From assembly GCA_050261575.1 (NCBI GenBank), contig JBLNDL010000070.1, positions 1-64,000 of the forward strand: a DNA stretch of 64,000 nt, in the 5' to 3' direction. This document shows, one piece after another, positions 7,097 to 17,083 of the stretch. Source of the DNA: Sphingomonadaceae bacterium (GTDB lineage Bacteria; Chloroflexota; UBA6077). Numbering within the stretch: position 1 is the stretch's first letter; the number at the start of each line of letters is the position of its first letter. The notes under the pieces are model-generated. The model made no database searches, had not been told where the DNA came from, and worked only from the letters and a program-made list of their open reading frames with translations. The translations under genes and the position numbers were made by a program.

Positions 7097-9475
7097 TTGC
7101 CCACAGACAGCGATGCTGTGCGTTCGGCGCCAGGCCGCCCCAGGTTGTGGCCACTGGTTAGCCTGTTGCTGGGATTGGCGGCCCTGCCTGCCGTCGCCTT
7201 CTCCCAGCCATCGGAGTCCCCAGCGCCGGACAACTGGAGCGGCCTGGCCGTCCACTCGTCCGGCGCTTTCAGCCAGGGTGACCTCCAAAACCTTGTCGTT
7301 AGCGAGGAAGGCCTGCGGCTGGGAGACGACGAATCCTTCGTGCCTCGGTCGGAGTCCCAATTCCGACTCTTCGGCGTCTACACCTCTCCAGCCATCCCGG
7401 CAGAGGAGCCTTTCGACGCCCTACGAGTGACCTTCGACTCAGTAGTCCCCCAGGGCTCCGCCATTTCCCTGGAAGTACGGGCGCAGATCGCGGCGGGGAA
7501 ATGGTCCCCGTGGCAGGAGGTGGAGGGCTCGGGGCAGGGGTTCACACTCCCCGTGCCGGGCGTGGCCGCGCAGTATCGGGCGACTCTCCTGGCCGAGCAA
7601 ACCGACACATCCCCGTTGCTTCGACAGGTCCTGCTGGAGATCCGGCCTACCGATCGGACCGTCGATGGGGGAGAGTACCAGGCGCTGGCCACACGCCCCA
7701 CGGTTCGGGTGTACGCCACCCGCGAGGGGCTCGTCGGACGCATCACCGCCAACGGGCACAAGATCGTGGAGAGGGACCGCTTCGTGGCGCTTCCCTCCAA
7801 GAAGGCATTGAACCCCAAGGACGGCAGGGACTACCTGGTCGAGATCTCCTACAAGGGGAAGAAGACCACCGCTCCCGTGTGGGATGTGGGCCCGTGGAAC
7901 ACCAAGGACAACTACTGGGACTCCCCCAGGGAGATGTTCAACGATCTGCCCCGTTTCACGCCACAGGTGAACGCTGCGTTCTTCAACAATTACAACGGGG
8001 GTAACGACCAGTTCGGCCGTATGGTGCTCTACCCCGCTGCCATCGACTTGGCCGACGGGACATTCTGGGACGACCTCGGCATGAAGAGTTCCGACTGGGT
8101 GGACGTCACCTTCCTGTGGGTCGACGCGGTCGCCCCGCCCCTGGTGCCCATGCCGGAGGTGATCCCCAAGAAGGGGCCGATACCTCAGCCGATCTTCCAG
8201 CAGCAGCAACAGCAGCAGGCTGCTCCCGCTGCCCCGACGCCCACCCCGACGCCGACCCCGATACCCAAGAGCTGGTACTTCGCGGAGGGTTCCACCAACA
8301 AGCCCTTCGACACTTGGCTGCTGCTCCAGAACCCTGATCCAGTCCCAGCCAACGCCAAGGTAACCTACATGCTCCCCAACGGCGGGCAGAAGATCGCCGA
8401 GTACGCCCTGAAACCCGCCAGCCGCACGAGCGTCTACCTCAACCAGGTGGTGCCCAACACCGAGGTATCGGCGCTGGTGGAGTCCGATCGATACATCTTC
8501 GCGGAGCGCGCGATGTACTTCGCGAAGGAGGGGCACGTCACCGCCGGGGTCATCACCCCATCCACGACCTGGTATTTCGCCGAGGGCGGCACCGCCTCCA
8601 CCTTCGAAACCTGGCTCCTGATGCAGAACCCCAACACGGAGCCAGCCACAGCCACCGTCACCCTCTTCAAGGAGGACGGGAGCACGGTAACGCACAAGAT
8701 GTTGATCCCCCACGTGTCCCGGGCCAGCCTCCTCCTGAACCAGTTGGTGCAGGGCTCCCCCGTGGCAGCACAGATCGAGGCGGACAGGCCGATAGTGGCA
8801 GAGAGGGCCGTCTACAAGGAGAAGGGCAAGGCCGGCACCGTCTCCATTGGCGCCACCGGCCTCTCGAAGACCTGGTACATGGCCGAGGGAGTGACCAGGG
8901 GTGGATTCGATACCTGGCTTCTGATGCTGAACCCTCACGACGTTCCCGCCACCGCGACGGTCACCTACATGAAGGAGGGTGGGGGTACCTTCCAGCGCAG
9001 CTACCTGCTCCCCCAGCGCTCGCGGGTCAGCATCTACGTGAACCGAGAGGTGCCCAACACACGGGTTGCCGCGATGGTTCAATCGGACTTGCCGATCGTG
9101 GCGGAGCGATCCACCTACTTCCCCGACGGTCTGGGGGCGCACAGTTCCATGGCGGCCCCCACTCCCAGCAAGCTGTGGTATCTGCCGGAGGGCTCTACCG
9201 CCAAGCCGTTCACAGAGAACATCCTGCTCATGAACCCCAACCCCGTGAAGGCCAACGTCACCGTAGCCTTCATGAAGGAGGACGGGGTCACCGTCGAGAA
9301 GCAGTACGCCATGCAGCCTACCAGCCGAATGACGCTGGAGATGAACAGCATCCTCCCCAACACTCCCTTCTCCACACGCGTGAGGTCCGACCAGCCGGTC
9401 GTCGTGGAGCGCTCCATGTACTTCTCCGACTGGTGGGGCGGACACAGCTCCATGGGCATACCCTGGAAGGAGTGA
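7097..9475 (+). CDS. Secreted multidomain protein: signal peptide, beta-rich domain, DPBB/RlpA-like domain, Q/PT linker, four ~100-aa WYFAEG (DUF5719-like) repeats
   Basis: GGAGG RBS with TTG start; hydrophobic N-terminus; VALPS...APVWDVGPWN...IDL motif; repeats start at 8273, 8570, 8873 and 9176. Confidence 0.75.
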   Translation: MPTDSDAVRSAPGRPRLWPLVSLLLGLAALPAVAFSQPSESPAPDNWSGLAVHSSGAFSQGDLQNLVVSEEGLRLGDDESFVPRSESQFRLFGVYTSPAIPAEEPFDALRVTFDSVVPQGSAISLEVRAQIAAGKWSPWQEVEGSGQGFTLPVPGVAAQYRATLLAEQTDTSPLLRQVLLEIRPTDRTVDGGEYQALATRPTVRVYATREGLVGRITANGHKIVERDRFVALPSKKALNPKDGRDYLVEISYKGKKTTAPVWDVGPWNTKDNYWDSPREMFNDLPRFTPQVNAAFFNNYNGGNDQFGRMVLYPAAIDLADGTFWDDLGMKSSDWVDVTFLWVDAVAPPLVPMPEVIPKKGPIPQPIFQQQQQQQAAPAAPTPTPTPTPIPKSWYFAEGSTNKPFDTWLLLQNPDPVPANAKVTYMLPNGGQKIAEYALKPASRTSVYLNQVVPNTEVSALVESDRYIFAERAMYFAKEGHVTAGVITPSTTWYFAEGGTASTFETWLLMQNPNTEPATATVTLFKEDGSTVTHKMLIPHVSRASLLLNQLVQGSPVAAQIEADRPIVAERAVYKEKGKAGTVSIGATGLSKTWYMAEGVTRGGFDTWLLMLNPHDVPATATVTYMKEGGGTFQRSYLLPQRSRVSIYVNREVPNTRVAAMVQSDLPIVAERSTYFPDGLGAHSSMAAPTPSKLWYLPEGSTAKPFTENILLMNPNPVKANVTVAFMKEDGVTVEKQYAMQPTSRMTLEMNSILPNTPFSTRVRSDQPVVVERSMYFSDWWGGHSSMGIPWKE

Positions 9476-9515
9476 GCGTTCCTACGCCCTTCTAACACGA
9501 TTTGCGCTAAACTAT

Positions 9516-9544
9516 CGATGGGGACCCCAAACGGGTCCCCATCG
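9516..9544. terminator. Intergenic hairpin (terminator or mRNA-stabilising stem)
   Basis: 12-bp perfect stem CGATGGGGACCC / GGGTCCCCATCG with 5-nt loop; no U-tract. Confidence 0.4.
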
Positions 9545-9570
9545 CGATTACCTGATCCTCAGAGGGGACC

Positions 9571-10281
9571 GTGGCCGAGCAGAGACGGATACTTGTGGTG
9601 GACGACGAACCGGACCTGGTCCATGCCATCAGGCTGTACCTGGAGATGGAGGGCTACCTGGTATTCGCCGCCTACAACGGCAACGAGGCACTGGAGAAGG
9701 TGCGGGAGAAGCTGCCGGACCTGGTGGTGCTCGATGTCATGATGCCCGACATGGATGGCTTCGAAACCCTCAAGCGGTTGCGGGAGGCACATCACGTTCC
9801 CGTGATCATGCTGACGGTGCGCGGCGAGGAATCGGACAAGGTGCGTGGCCTCCAGATGGGGGCAGACGACTACGTCACCAAGCCCTTCAGCCAGCGTGAG
9901 CTGCTCAGCCGGATCCAGGCGGTGCTCCGAAGGGCAGAGATGCCCCCCCTCGTCCCCAAGACCCAGGTGAAGATCGACGACGACCTCACCATCGACTTCG
10001 CTCGAAACGAGGTGATCGTTCGAGGTGAGCTGCTCTCCCTGACCCCGACAGAGCACCGGCTTCTCTATCACCTGGTAAGCAACCCAGGCCGAGTCCTCAC
10101 CTACGAGACCCTTCTGGCCAAGGTGTGGGGCTACGAATACCGGGAGGAGCAGCACTACGTGCGCCTTTACGTCAACTACCTTCGCCAGAAGATCGAGCCG
10201 GACCCCAGCCACCCGAAGTACGTCCTGACCGAGCGTGGACTGGGCTACCGGTTCGTCGACTTTCGGCAGCAGAAGGCGTAG
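9571..10281 (+). CDS. OmpR/PhoB (KdpE-like) response regulator
   Basis: [21 protein letters not shown] receiver plus winged helix (LTPTE...VWG...LRQKIE...GLGYRF). Confidence 0.95.
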   Translation: MAEQRRILVVDDEPDLVHAIRLYLEMEGYLVFAAYNGNEALEKVREKLPDLVVLDVMMPDMDGFETLKRLREAHHVPVIMLTVRGEESDKVRGLQMGADDYVTKPFSQRELLSRIQAVLRRAEMPPLVPKTQVKIDDDLTIDFARNEVIVRGELLSLTPTEHRLLYHLVSNPGRVLTYETLLAKVWGYEYREEQHYVRLYVNYLRQKIEPDPSHPKYVLTERGLGYRFVDFRQQKA

Positions 10282-10290
10282 CACTCCGTT

Positions 10291-12033
10291 ATGAGCCGGC
10301 TTGGCATCGGAGAAGCCATTCAGCAGGTGGTGTCCGTTCTCTCGGAGGTGGAGGACACCGCCCAAGTGCTGAGAGCAGTCGCCTGCGCCGCCCGGCAGTT
10401 GATGCAGGCGGACGAGGCTTACCTGCTCCTCAAAGAGGGAGGACGGCTAGTCCTTCGATCCGCCGACGGCCTTCCGTCGAAGCTGGTGGGACACAGTTTC
10501 GTCCGAGCCGGGGAGGGCATCGAGGGGTGGGTGGCGGACCACGGCGAGCCGGTTGCCCTGGCAGACGCTTCCCGAGAGCGGCGCTTCAGAGACCTGCCCG
10601 GACGAGAGGGCCAGGTGCGCGCACTCGCCGTCGTCCCTATGAGACTCCGCGACGATGTGGTCGGGGTGTTGGCGGTGGCGGGAATGAGCCCGTCTCCTCC
10701 CGTCGGAAGCCGCATCACGGCCCTTGAGATCTTGGCGAGCATCGCCGCGGTAACCATCGAGAACGACCGGCTGCTCCGCAGCGAGCGCCGTCGCGCTTCC
10801 CAGGCAGAGCAACTCCTGGAGCTGGCCGCCATCCAGGACCTGGACCTCCACCCCTTTCTCCAGAAGGTGGCCGACGCCATCAACTCGACCCTCGGCGTCG
10901 ACGATACTTGTCTGGTGCTGCTGGACGAGAACGGCCGAGAGGTGATCTGCACCGGATGGGCAACGGGCGCCGACGGTGCGGGGCAGCACGACGACGGTGC
11001 GCTCCGCCGGTTCCTGGAGTCTACCTGGGCAGCCGAGCTGCTGGCTACCGGCCAGCCGCTGCTGTGCGATGACGTCACCCAGGAACCCGGGGCAGCATCC
11101 GAGTTCGCCGGCACCCCCGTTCGCAGCCTTTTGGCCGTCCCGATCCAGGTGGGAGGGAAGAGACGCGGCATCCTCGGAGTCGCCACCGCCCATGCCGGAG
11201 GCTTTCGGCCGGAAGACCTGGCCTTCGTCACCATGCTGGCTGCTCAGGTTGGGCTATCGGTCGAAAGAACCGAGCTGGCCCGAAGGCAGGTGGAGATCAG
11301 CCGCGCGCAAGCGCGACAGCAGGCACGGCAGGAGTTCCTCGGCCTGGTCTCCCACGAGTTGAAGACCCCAGTGGCCGTGCTGAAGGCATACACGGAACTG
11401 TTGCTCCGGAAAGCCGAAATCGATCCCTCCAGAGCCTCCGATCAGGACGTACTGGCCCGAATGCTGGAGCAGGCAGATCGGATGCTCGCCATGATCGAGC
11501 AACTGCTGGATCTTCAGAAGATCGAGGCAGGCAGGTTGCCACTGGAGATCAGCCGCTTCGATCTCGTTCAGTTAGCCACGAGGGTATCGGAGAACCTCCA
11601 GCTCACGGCCCCACGCCATCGCATCCTGATTCGCGCGGCAGAGCAACTCCCCGTGCTGGCCGACAGACGCCGAATAGAAGAGGTCCTCTTCAACCTGCTG
11701 GAGAACGCGGTCAAGTACTCCCCTAATGGAGGAAGCATCACGGTGACCATCACCACCCGTGCGACGGACGGCGCGGCCGAGGAGGAGGCGTGGGTGTCCG
11801 TGGCAGATCAGGGCATCGGGATCCGGAGGCAGGATCTGCCCCACATCTTCGAGCGATTCTATCAGGGGGAAGGCAAGCTGCACCGGGGCCACGTCGGGCT
11901 CGGACTCGGTCTCCATATCGCGCGGGAGATCATCGATAGGCATGGCGGCAGGATGTGGACCGAGTCCTCAGAGGGGAAGGGCTCCGTCTTCCACTTCACC
12001 CTGCCGCTGGCAGTCGACACCGACGAACGGTGA
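10291..12033 (+). CDS. Cytoplasmic GAF-GAF sensor histidine kinase
   Basis: Two GAF-like regions, H-box SHELKTP, N-box NLLENAVKYS, G1 DQGIG, G2 GLGLGL; no TM helices. Confidence 0.92.
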   Translation: MSRLGIGEAIQQVVSVLSEVEDTAQVLRAVACAARQLMQADEAYLLLKEGGRLVLRSADGLPSKLVGHSFVRAGEGIEGWVADHGEPVALADASRERRFRDLPGREGQVRALAVVPMRLRDDVVGVLAVAGMSPSPPVGSRITALEILASIAAVTIENDRLLRSERRRASQAEQLLELAAIQDLDLHPFLQKVADAINSTLGVDDTCLVLLDENGREVICTGWATGADGAGQHDDGALRRFLESTWAAELLATGQPLLCDDVTQEPGAASEFAGTPVRSLLAVPIQVGGKRRGILGVATAHAGGFRPEDLAFVTMLAAQVGLSVERTELARRQVEISRAQARQQARQEFLGLVSHELKTPVAVLKAYTELLLRKAEIDPSRASDQDVLARMLEQADRMLAMIEQLLDLQKIEAGRLPLEISRFDLVQLATRVSENLQLTAPRHRILIRAAEQLPVLADRRRIEEVLFNLLENAVKYSPNGGSITVTITTRATDGAAEEEAWVSVADQGIGIRRQDLPHIFERFYQGEGKLHRGHVGLGLGLHIAREIIDRHGGRMWTESSEGKGSVFHFTLPLAVDTDER

Positions 12034-12041
12034 ACCCTGGC

Positions 12042-13133
12042 CTACCTCTCCCAGTCGAACCGTTGCTCGTTGGTCCGCCTCTGCAGCCCGAAGGGGCCGT
12101 TGATCCAGGTCCAGAAGCCGTCGGTGAACGCGGTCCAGTTGGTGGACTTGATCCACACCATCAATCCGGTGCTCGTCATCTGAATGGAGTTCCCGTCTGA
12201 GTCTGCCTGCTCCTCCGAGAGGGGAACACCGACCACCTTCGGGATCAACTCCGCCAGGGTCTTGAACCCCAGTCGGAACTGCGGCTTCGACTGAGCAATG
12301 GCGGCCGGCTCCGTTGCCGCCACGTTCATCGCCTCTCTCCCCGTCAGGACGATATGGTCGCTGGACTCGACGACGGTCCCCTTAGCATCCCTAAGCCGAA
12401 CGTACACCGTCTTCGGTCCAGGCTGCGGAGTCAGTTTCCAGTACTTGGTGTTTGCGAACGGCTCCCACCGGGCGCCCGCGAAGTCAGGTGCGTTGCTCAC
12501 CATCATCTCGGTGAGCTTCCCTACACTCCCCCAATCGGAGACCTCCTCGGAGGTCAGCGTGAGGGTCACGTTGGTCGTATCCGTGGTCTCGGCGTCCCCG
12601 TCGATGAACACCGGGAGCACCTTGGGCCTGCTCCCGAACTCCTGCGCAAGCACGACGCCGCCGTTGGCCGCGACGGCCATCCCCACACCCGTCTCCCGAT
12701 ACTTCGAATGAAGCAGGTTGTTCCTGTGCCCCTCGCTGGCCAGCCATCCCGCCATCGCACCCTCAGCCGTGGAGTATCCGCGCGCCAGGTTCTCCCCCAC
12801 GTACACCCCACCCCACCCGTAGGCATCGTAGCCCGCGTCGCGCGCTCGGCTGGCCGGCGTGCTTCCTTCGAGCGAGTTGTGGGCGAAGTAGTTGCGGGCT
12901 GCCAGATCCCGAGCGTAGGTCGTGGCCGCCGCCGCCAACGTGTCGTTCCACTTGAGCGGCAGGAGCCCCGCCTTCAGCCGCTCCTGGTTTACCAGTTCGG
13001 CCACCCGGCGAGTCAGGGTCGCGGGATCTTCGACGGCGTTGGGCCCTGCCGAAACCGGCACCGTCCAGACGGCAACCATCACCACGAGGAGGGCGAACGC
13101 AGCAACACGCACCTGTAGCCTCATCGCTATCAC
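12042..13133 (-). CDS. Secreted CAP/SCP domain protein with an Ig-like segment and a C-terminal LGF...WTAFTDG domain
   Basis: Signal peptide; VNQER...YFAH...GENLA...W.AS.GHR.NLL CAP motifs. Confidence 0.85.
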   Translation of the reverse strand: MIAMRLQVRVAAFALLVVMVAVWTVPVSAGPNAVEDPATLTRRVAELVNQERLKAGLLPLKWNDTLAAAATTYARDLAARNYFAHNSLEGSTPASRARDAGYDAYGWGGVYVGENLARGYSTAEGAMAGWLASEGHRNNLLHSKYRETGVGMAVAANGGVVLAQEFGSRPKVLPVFIDGDAETTDTTNVTLTLTSEEVSDWGSVGKLTEMMVSNAPDFAGARWEPFANTKYWKLTPQPGPKTVYVRLRDAKGTVVESSDHIVLTGREAMNVAATEPAAIAQSKPQFRLGFKTLAELIPKVVGVPLSEEQADSDGNSIQMTSTGLMVWIKSTNWTAFTDGFWTWINGPFGLQRRTNEQRFDWER

Positions 13134-13510
13134 CTAGTTAAGGAAGGATTGAGGGAGCCGTTCGAACGGCGGATACCCCAGGGACTCAACTCACAGCGCA
13201 GCACACGCAGCACCGCCCGGACAGAGTCCATCGCGGACGGCCGGGAATTGCGCACAGAAAAAGGGGAACAAGGCACCTCGTCGGACGAGGAAGACGCGGC
13301 TATGTTACACCGTCTTCGCCTCCGCTAACAAGGGGTAAACTGCAAGTCCGTCCTCTCTCGCCGTGACGTGGCCACGGGGTTCATCTTGAGAGATCGTTTC
13401 GGCCCAAGTGCCGAAGTAGCATTATGGCTGCCGGAGTCCTCCCGATCCGAGACTGCGACCCCAGGCCGGTCAGATGCCTGGGCAGCTCCACCGCTTTCTG
13501 TCGAGCGCGC

Positions 13511-13699
13511 GGGCATCGTCTCGACGCCCCTACCGCGGGCGTCCCCAATGTGCACCACACGCCTTACGGGTGCGGGTGCGGGTGCGCGTACCTCGTGGGG
13601 CAGGGGCGGCGGTTCGCTCCGTGGTACGCGGGCAAAGGGCCTGCGGCCCGATGCGTAGCGGCCGAAAGGGGAGCACGGGTGTCTCGCGCCCCGCCCTAC
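13511..13699. repeat. Cluster of degenerate GTAG-type REP palindromes
   Basis: Minus strand GTAGGGGCGTCGAGACGATGCCC (13511-13533) and GTAGGGCGGGGCGCGAGAC (ending 13699), plus GGGTGC repeats. Confidence 0.45.
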
Positions 13700-13726
13700 A
13701 GGCGTTGCATTCACGGCACGACGCAG

Positions 13727-14518
13727 TTAGTAGAGCGCAGCGTACTGGCCGCCGTCTACCTGGATAGCCACCCCGGTGACGAAGCTCGCCCGCTCAGAGG
13801 CAAGGAACACCACCACGTTGGCCAGCTCCTCCGGTCGCCCCATCCGCCCCAGCGGGATCTTGGCAGTGGTTGCAGCCATCACCTGCTCCTCGCTGATCCC
13901 CAGGTCGCGCGCCCGCACGGCGTTCACCTGGGCGACCCTCTCCGTTAGGGTGTAACCGGGGCAGACGCTGTTCACCAGGATCCCGTCCCTGGCTAGCTCG
14001 TTGGCCATGCTCTTTGCCAGCCCTAGCACGCCCGGCCGGGCCGCGTTGGAGAGAATCAGCCCTTCCAGCGGCTGCTTCGCGGCCAGGGAGACGATGTTGA
14101 CGATGCGGCCCCACTTCCGCGCACGCATGTGGGGCACCACCTCCTTGCATAGCCGCACGGTGCTGATGAGGTTCAGCTCGACTGCCCGCTGGAAGTCCTC
14201 CACCGAGGAGTGCAGGAAGCTGCTCGAGGGAGGGCCACCTGCGTTATTGACCAGGATGTCGATGCGGCCAAACCTCTCGATAGTCCTCTCCACCAGCCGC
14301 TTTACGTCCTCTGGCTCCGTGACGTCGCACACGACGGCGAGCACCTCCACTCCGGTCTCGAGGCGGATCTCCTCGGCGGTCCGGAGCAAGTCCTCCTCCC
14401 CCCGGGCGCACACGGCAAGATTGACCCCTTCTCGGGCAAGGCCCAGAGCCACCGCCTTGCCCAGGCCCTTGCTGGCGGCAGCCACGACGGCAACCTTGTC
14501 TCTTATGCCCAGATCCAT
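13727..14518 (-). CDS. SDR family oxidoreductase (FabG-like)
   Basis: AASKGLG cofactor motif, NNAGGP, SNAAR (atypical for YxxxK), IPLGRMG.PEE; AAGGAGG RBS. Confidence 0.92.
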   Translation of the reverse strand: MDLGIRDKVAVVAAASKGLGKAVALGLAREGVNLAVCARGEEDLLRTAEEIRLETGVEVLAVVCDVTEPEDVKRLVERTIERFGRIDILVNNAGGPPSSSFLHSSVEDFQRAVELNLISTVRLCKEVVPHMRARKWGRIVNIVSLAAKQPLEGLILSNAARPGVLGLAKSMANELARDGILVNSVCPGYTLTERVAQVNAVRARDLGISEEQVMAATTAKIPLGRMGRPEELANVVVFLASERASFVTGVAIQVDGGQYAALY

Positions 14519-14596
14519 CGAGTCCTCCTTTCTCGCCCCCAATCCCCGCAGGAATCTAATGAGGCGGCTTTGCCGCCCCATTAGATACCCTCTCTA

Positions 14597-14664
14597 GGCA
14601 GGTATCTCTAGATGGAGTACACGTTTCCCGGCAGAGAAGTCGACATGGACTAGAGATGCCTGCT
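14597..14664 (-). mobile_element. 68-bp MITE-like element, copy 2
   Basis: TIRs GGCAGGTATCTCTAG / CTAGAGATGCCTGCT; flanks C-TA...CA-G. Confidence 0.8.
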
Positions 14665-14675
14665 CAGGCGCACCC

Positions 14676-17039
14676 TTACCGCTTGGTGGCGGCCTCGACC
14701 ATCTCCGCCACACGCCGCAGCCTGCTCTCCCGATCGGCCACGAAGCGCTGGATCCCCTTCAGGATCCAGTCCGGCGAGAGGTGAGCCTCCTCGTACAGCT
14801 CCTCCACTGTCCCGCCGGTCCGCCACCTGTCGTCCCAGTCGGAAGAGAGGGTGTACTCCTCGGACACACTGGTCACCATCCAGTCCCGCATGAGCTTCCG
14901 GGCCCGGTTGGTAATGCACATCGAGTCCACCCAATCGGCGTCGGAGAGTATCCGCTTTCGGTAGTCCTCGGGCTGCATTCTGAACAGCTCGGGGCTGATG
15001 GCCGCCACGATCTTCACGTTCAAGCCGAGCTCGTCCAGCTTGGGCAGGATCTTCACCACGTTGGCCGTGGACATGGTCCCCTGCACGATGACGGTGCCCA
15101 TCGGCCGCTGGCCGGGCTTGTAGTCCCGAATGATGTAGGCGCCCTTGGCCGCATCGAAGTGGGACGCCATACCGAGCGCGGCCCTATCCGGGATCTCAAC
15201 CGGCGGCCTGGTGAGGTGAAGCGCCACGATGTGGGCATCGGTCTTGAGGGCCGCGGCGATCACCACCGGCACCTCGTTGTGCTCCCACGGATGCACGTCT
15301 ATCACCCTATCCTTAGGGAAGAGTTGCGTGACGCCGGGGGAGAAGATGCCGAAGTGGGTTCGGGAGTCTTCGGCCGTCTCCGGCCCCGAGTGGCCGACCA
15401 CCCACAGCAGCTTGCCCAGCTTGAAGTCGCAATCCTGGGCCATCTGGCTGTACAGCCTCATTAGCCCGTAGTGCAGGTAGACGAAGGAGCCGTAGGTCGA
15501 CGTGGCGCCGTAAAAGCCCTGGAACTCCTCGTACGGGTTCTCCGCAAAGTTCACCGACGCAAGCCCCGCGATCAGGCCAGCGTTGGTGAACTCGGTGATC
15601 TCGGTGGGCAGCAGCGCCCCCTCCGGGTTGCTCTGCCTATCGTAGACCCCCCAGCCGGGTATGTCTCCCCACTTTTGAGCGAAGCCGATGATATTCGTGG
15701 AGGCGGCCAGGTCGGCCGAGCACGCCACGAAGAGGGGCCTGCCGTAGTTCTGGCGGCCGAAGGCGTTGACCCAGGCGCCGAACTTGGCCAGCGCGGCGCG
15801 GTTCGCCACCTTGTCGCCGGGCTTGGCCCACATCTCTGCGGGATAGTTCTCGAAGTCGTACAGCCGCTCGTCCTTCCACGGGTTCTTGCTCGTATTCAGC
15901 CGGAAGGACGGTACCTCCTCGGGCACGCTCTCGCCCAGCTCGATCAACCTGTCGGCCAGATAATCCACCAGGGACTGATCCGACTTCAGCGCACTGATGG
16001 TGACCTCGAGGTTCGCCCTGAACTGCTCCTTCAGGGCCACGGGGTCCTTCGGCGCCGGCTCGTTGAAGCCGACGAACTTCACCCCGTACTTCTCGGCAAA
16101 CACCCCCGCGTTCTTCCAGAAGGCTTCTGAGTTCATCGGAAGCGGGGCGCCGTGGGACTTGTTGTCGTAGACGCCGTAGCCGCGACCCTTTCGGGTCTTC
16201 ATCCAGGCCACGCTCGGGGTCTTCTGCGGATTGGGCCCGTACACCAACTCCAGCAGGGTGCGGGTCACTGGGCCCCACTCGGAGCCCTGCTCATTGCCCA
16301 GCACGCGCCATCCGTGGGCACCGAACCACTCGTTCGGGGTGCCGTAGACGACGGCGCTGATGGGGGTGTCGTCGATGCCGTAGTCGTTCCAGTCGATGAC
16401 GTAGTGGAGGTTATCCAGGCCGAGCCCCCAGGCGGTGTTCATTGTCTCGTGCACCCCACCGGGCGTCAGCCCGCCCTCACCTTCGAAGGCAAACACCTTC
16501 ACCCCCTCGGCGCCGGCCAGCTTCAGGGCCACCGCCTCACCGGCGGCAGCAGGGCTGCCGTGGGCGGAGGGTCCGGTGTTGAACTTCAGCATGAGGGTCT
16601 TCCCCTCCATCTCGGCATGGCCGGAGAGCCCGCCGTTCCGGCGGAAGCCGAGCAGATCCTCCCACACCAGCATCCGCTTGTGCGGTTCCGGCACCAGGTA
16701 GCGAGGGTCCTTGGTCTGGGCGTACTTTATGCGGAGGGCCTCGTTGAAGACAGCCAGCGTAACGTAGATCAGAGGAACGGTGTGCCCACCAACCAGCACG
16801 AAGCGATCGGCAAAGCGTTTCTCAGGATGGCGGATATCCCATCGGGATGCCCCCGAGAGCAGGGTGGCCAGCACCATGTGCACCTTGGACCGGCTACCAC
16901 CCGGGTGCCCGCTCTGGCGGTAGTTCAGCATCACGTCCAGCAACTGGTCAACGATGTCTTTGATCTTCTCCCACTGAGGGAATTGCTGGGCAGCTTCCTT
17001 GTAGCGAAGCTCGACTTGGGACTCCGCCGCGTCAACCAT
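14676..17039 (-). CDS. Transketolase-like ThDP-dependent enzyme (787 aa)
   Basis: SGHPGGS, DRFVL..GH, LSGH.E, TGP, GEGG...N ThDP motif, SADLA.S, HSG....EDSRTH; start at 17039 has an RBS and avoids overlap with the upstream gene. Confidence 0.85.
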   Translation of the reverse strand: MVDAAESQVELRYKEAAQQFPQWEKIKDIVDQLLDVMLNYRQSGHPGGSRSKVHMVLATLLSGASRWDIRHPEKRFADRFVLVGGHTVPLIYVTLAVFNEALRIKYAQTKDPRYLVPEPHKRMLVWEDLLGFRRNGGLSGHAEMEGKTLMLKFNTGPSAHGSPAAAGEAVALKLAGAEGVKVFAFEGEGGLTPGGVHETMNTAWGLGLDNLHYVIDWNDYGIDDTPISAVVYGTPNEWFGAHGWRVLGNEQGSEWGPVTRTLLELVYGPNPQKTPSVAWMKTRKGRGYGVYDNKSHGAPLPMNSEAFWKNAGVFAEKYGVKFVGFNEPAPKDPVALKEQFRANLEVTISALKSDQSLVDYLADRLIELGESVPEEVPSFRLNTSKNPWKDERLYDFENYPAEMWAKPGDKVANRAALAKFGAWVNAFGRQNYGRPLFVACSADLAASTNIIGFAQKWGDIPGWGVYDRQSNPEGALLPTEITEFTNAGLIAGLASVNFAENPYEEFQGFYGATSTYGSFVYLHYGLMRLYSQMAQDCDFKLGKLLWVVGHSGPETAEDSRTHFGIFSPGVTQLFPKDRVIDVHPWEHNEVPVVIAAALKTDAHIVALHLTRPPVEIPDRAALGMASHFDAAKGAYIIRDYKPGQRPMGTVIVQGTMSTANVVKILPKLDELGLNVKIVAAISPELFRMQPEDYRKRILSDADWVDSMCITNRARKLMRDWMVTSVSEEYTLSSDWDDRWRTGGTVEELYEEAHLSPDWILKGIQRFVADRESRLRRVAEMVEAATKR

Positions 17040-17083
17040 CAGTGCCTTCTCCTCTCGAATGACTGTTCTCCAATTCGCCTCTC

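Noticed and set aside
7439..9445. Long antisense or alternate-frame ORFs (also 23537-25471, 49072-50862, 44577-45995)
   Set aside because: Shadow ORFs expected in high-GC coding DNA, overlapping well-supported genes.
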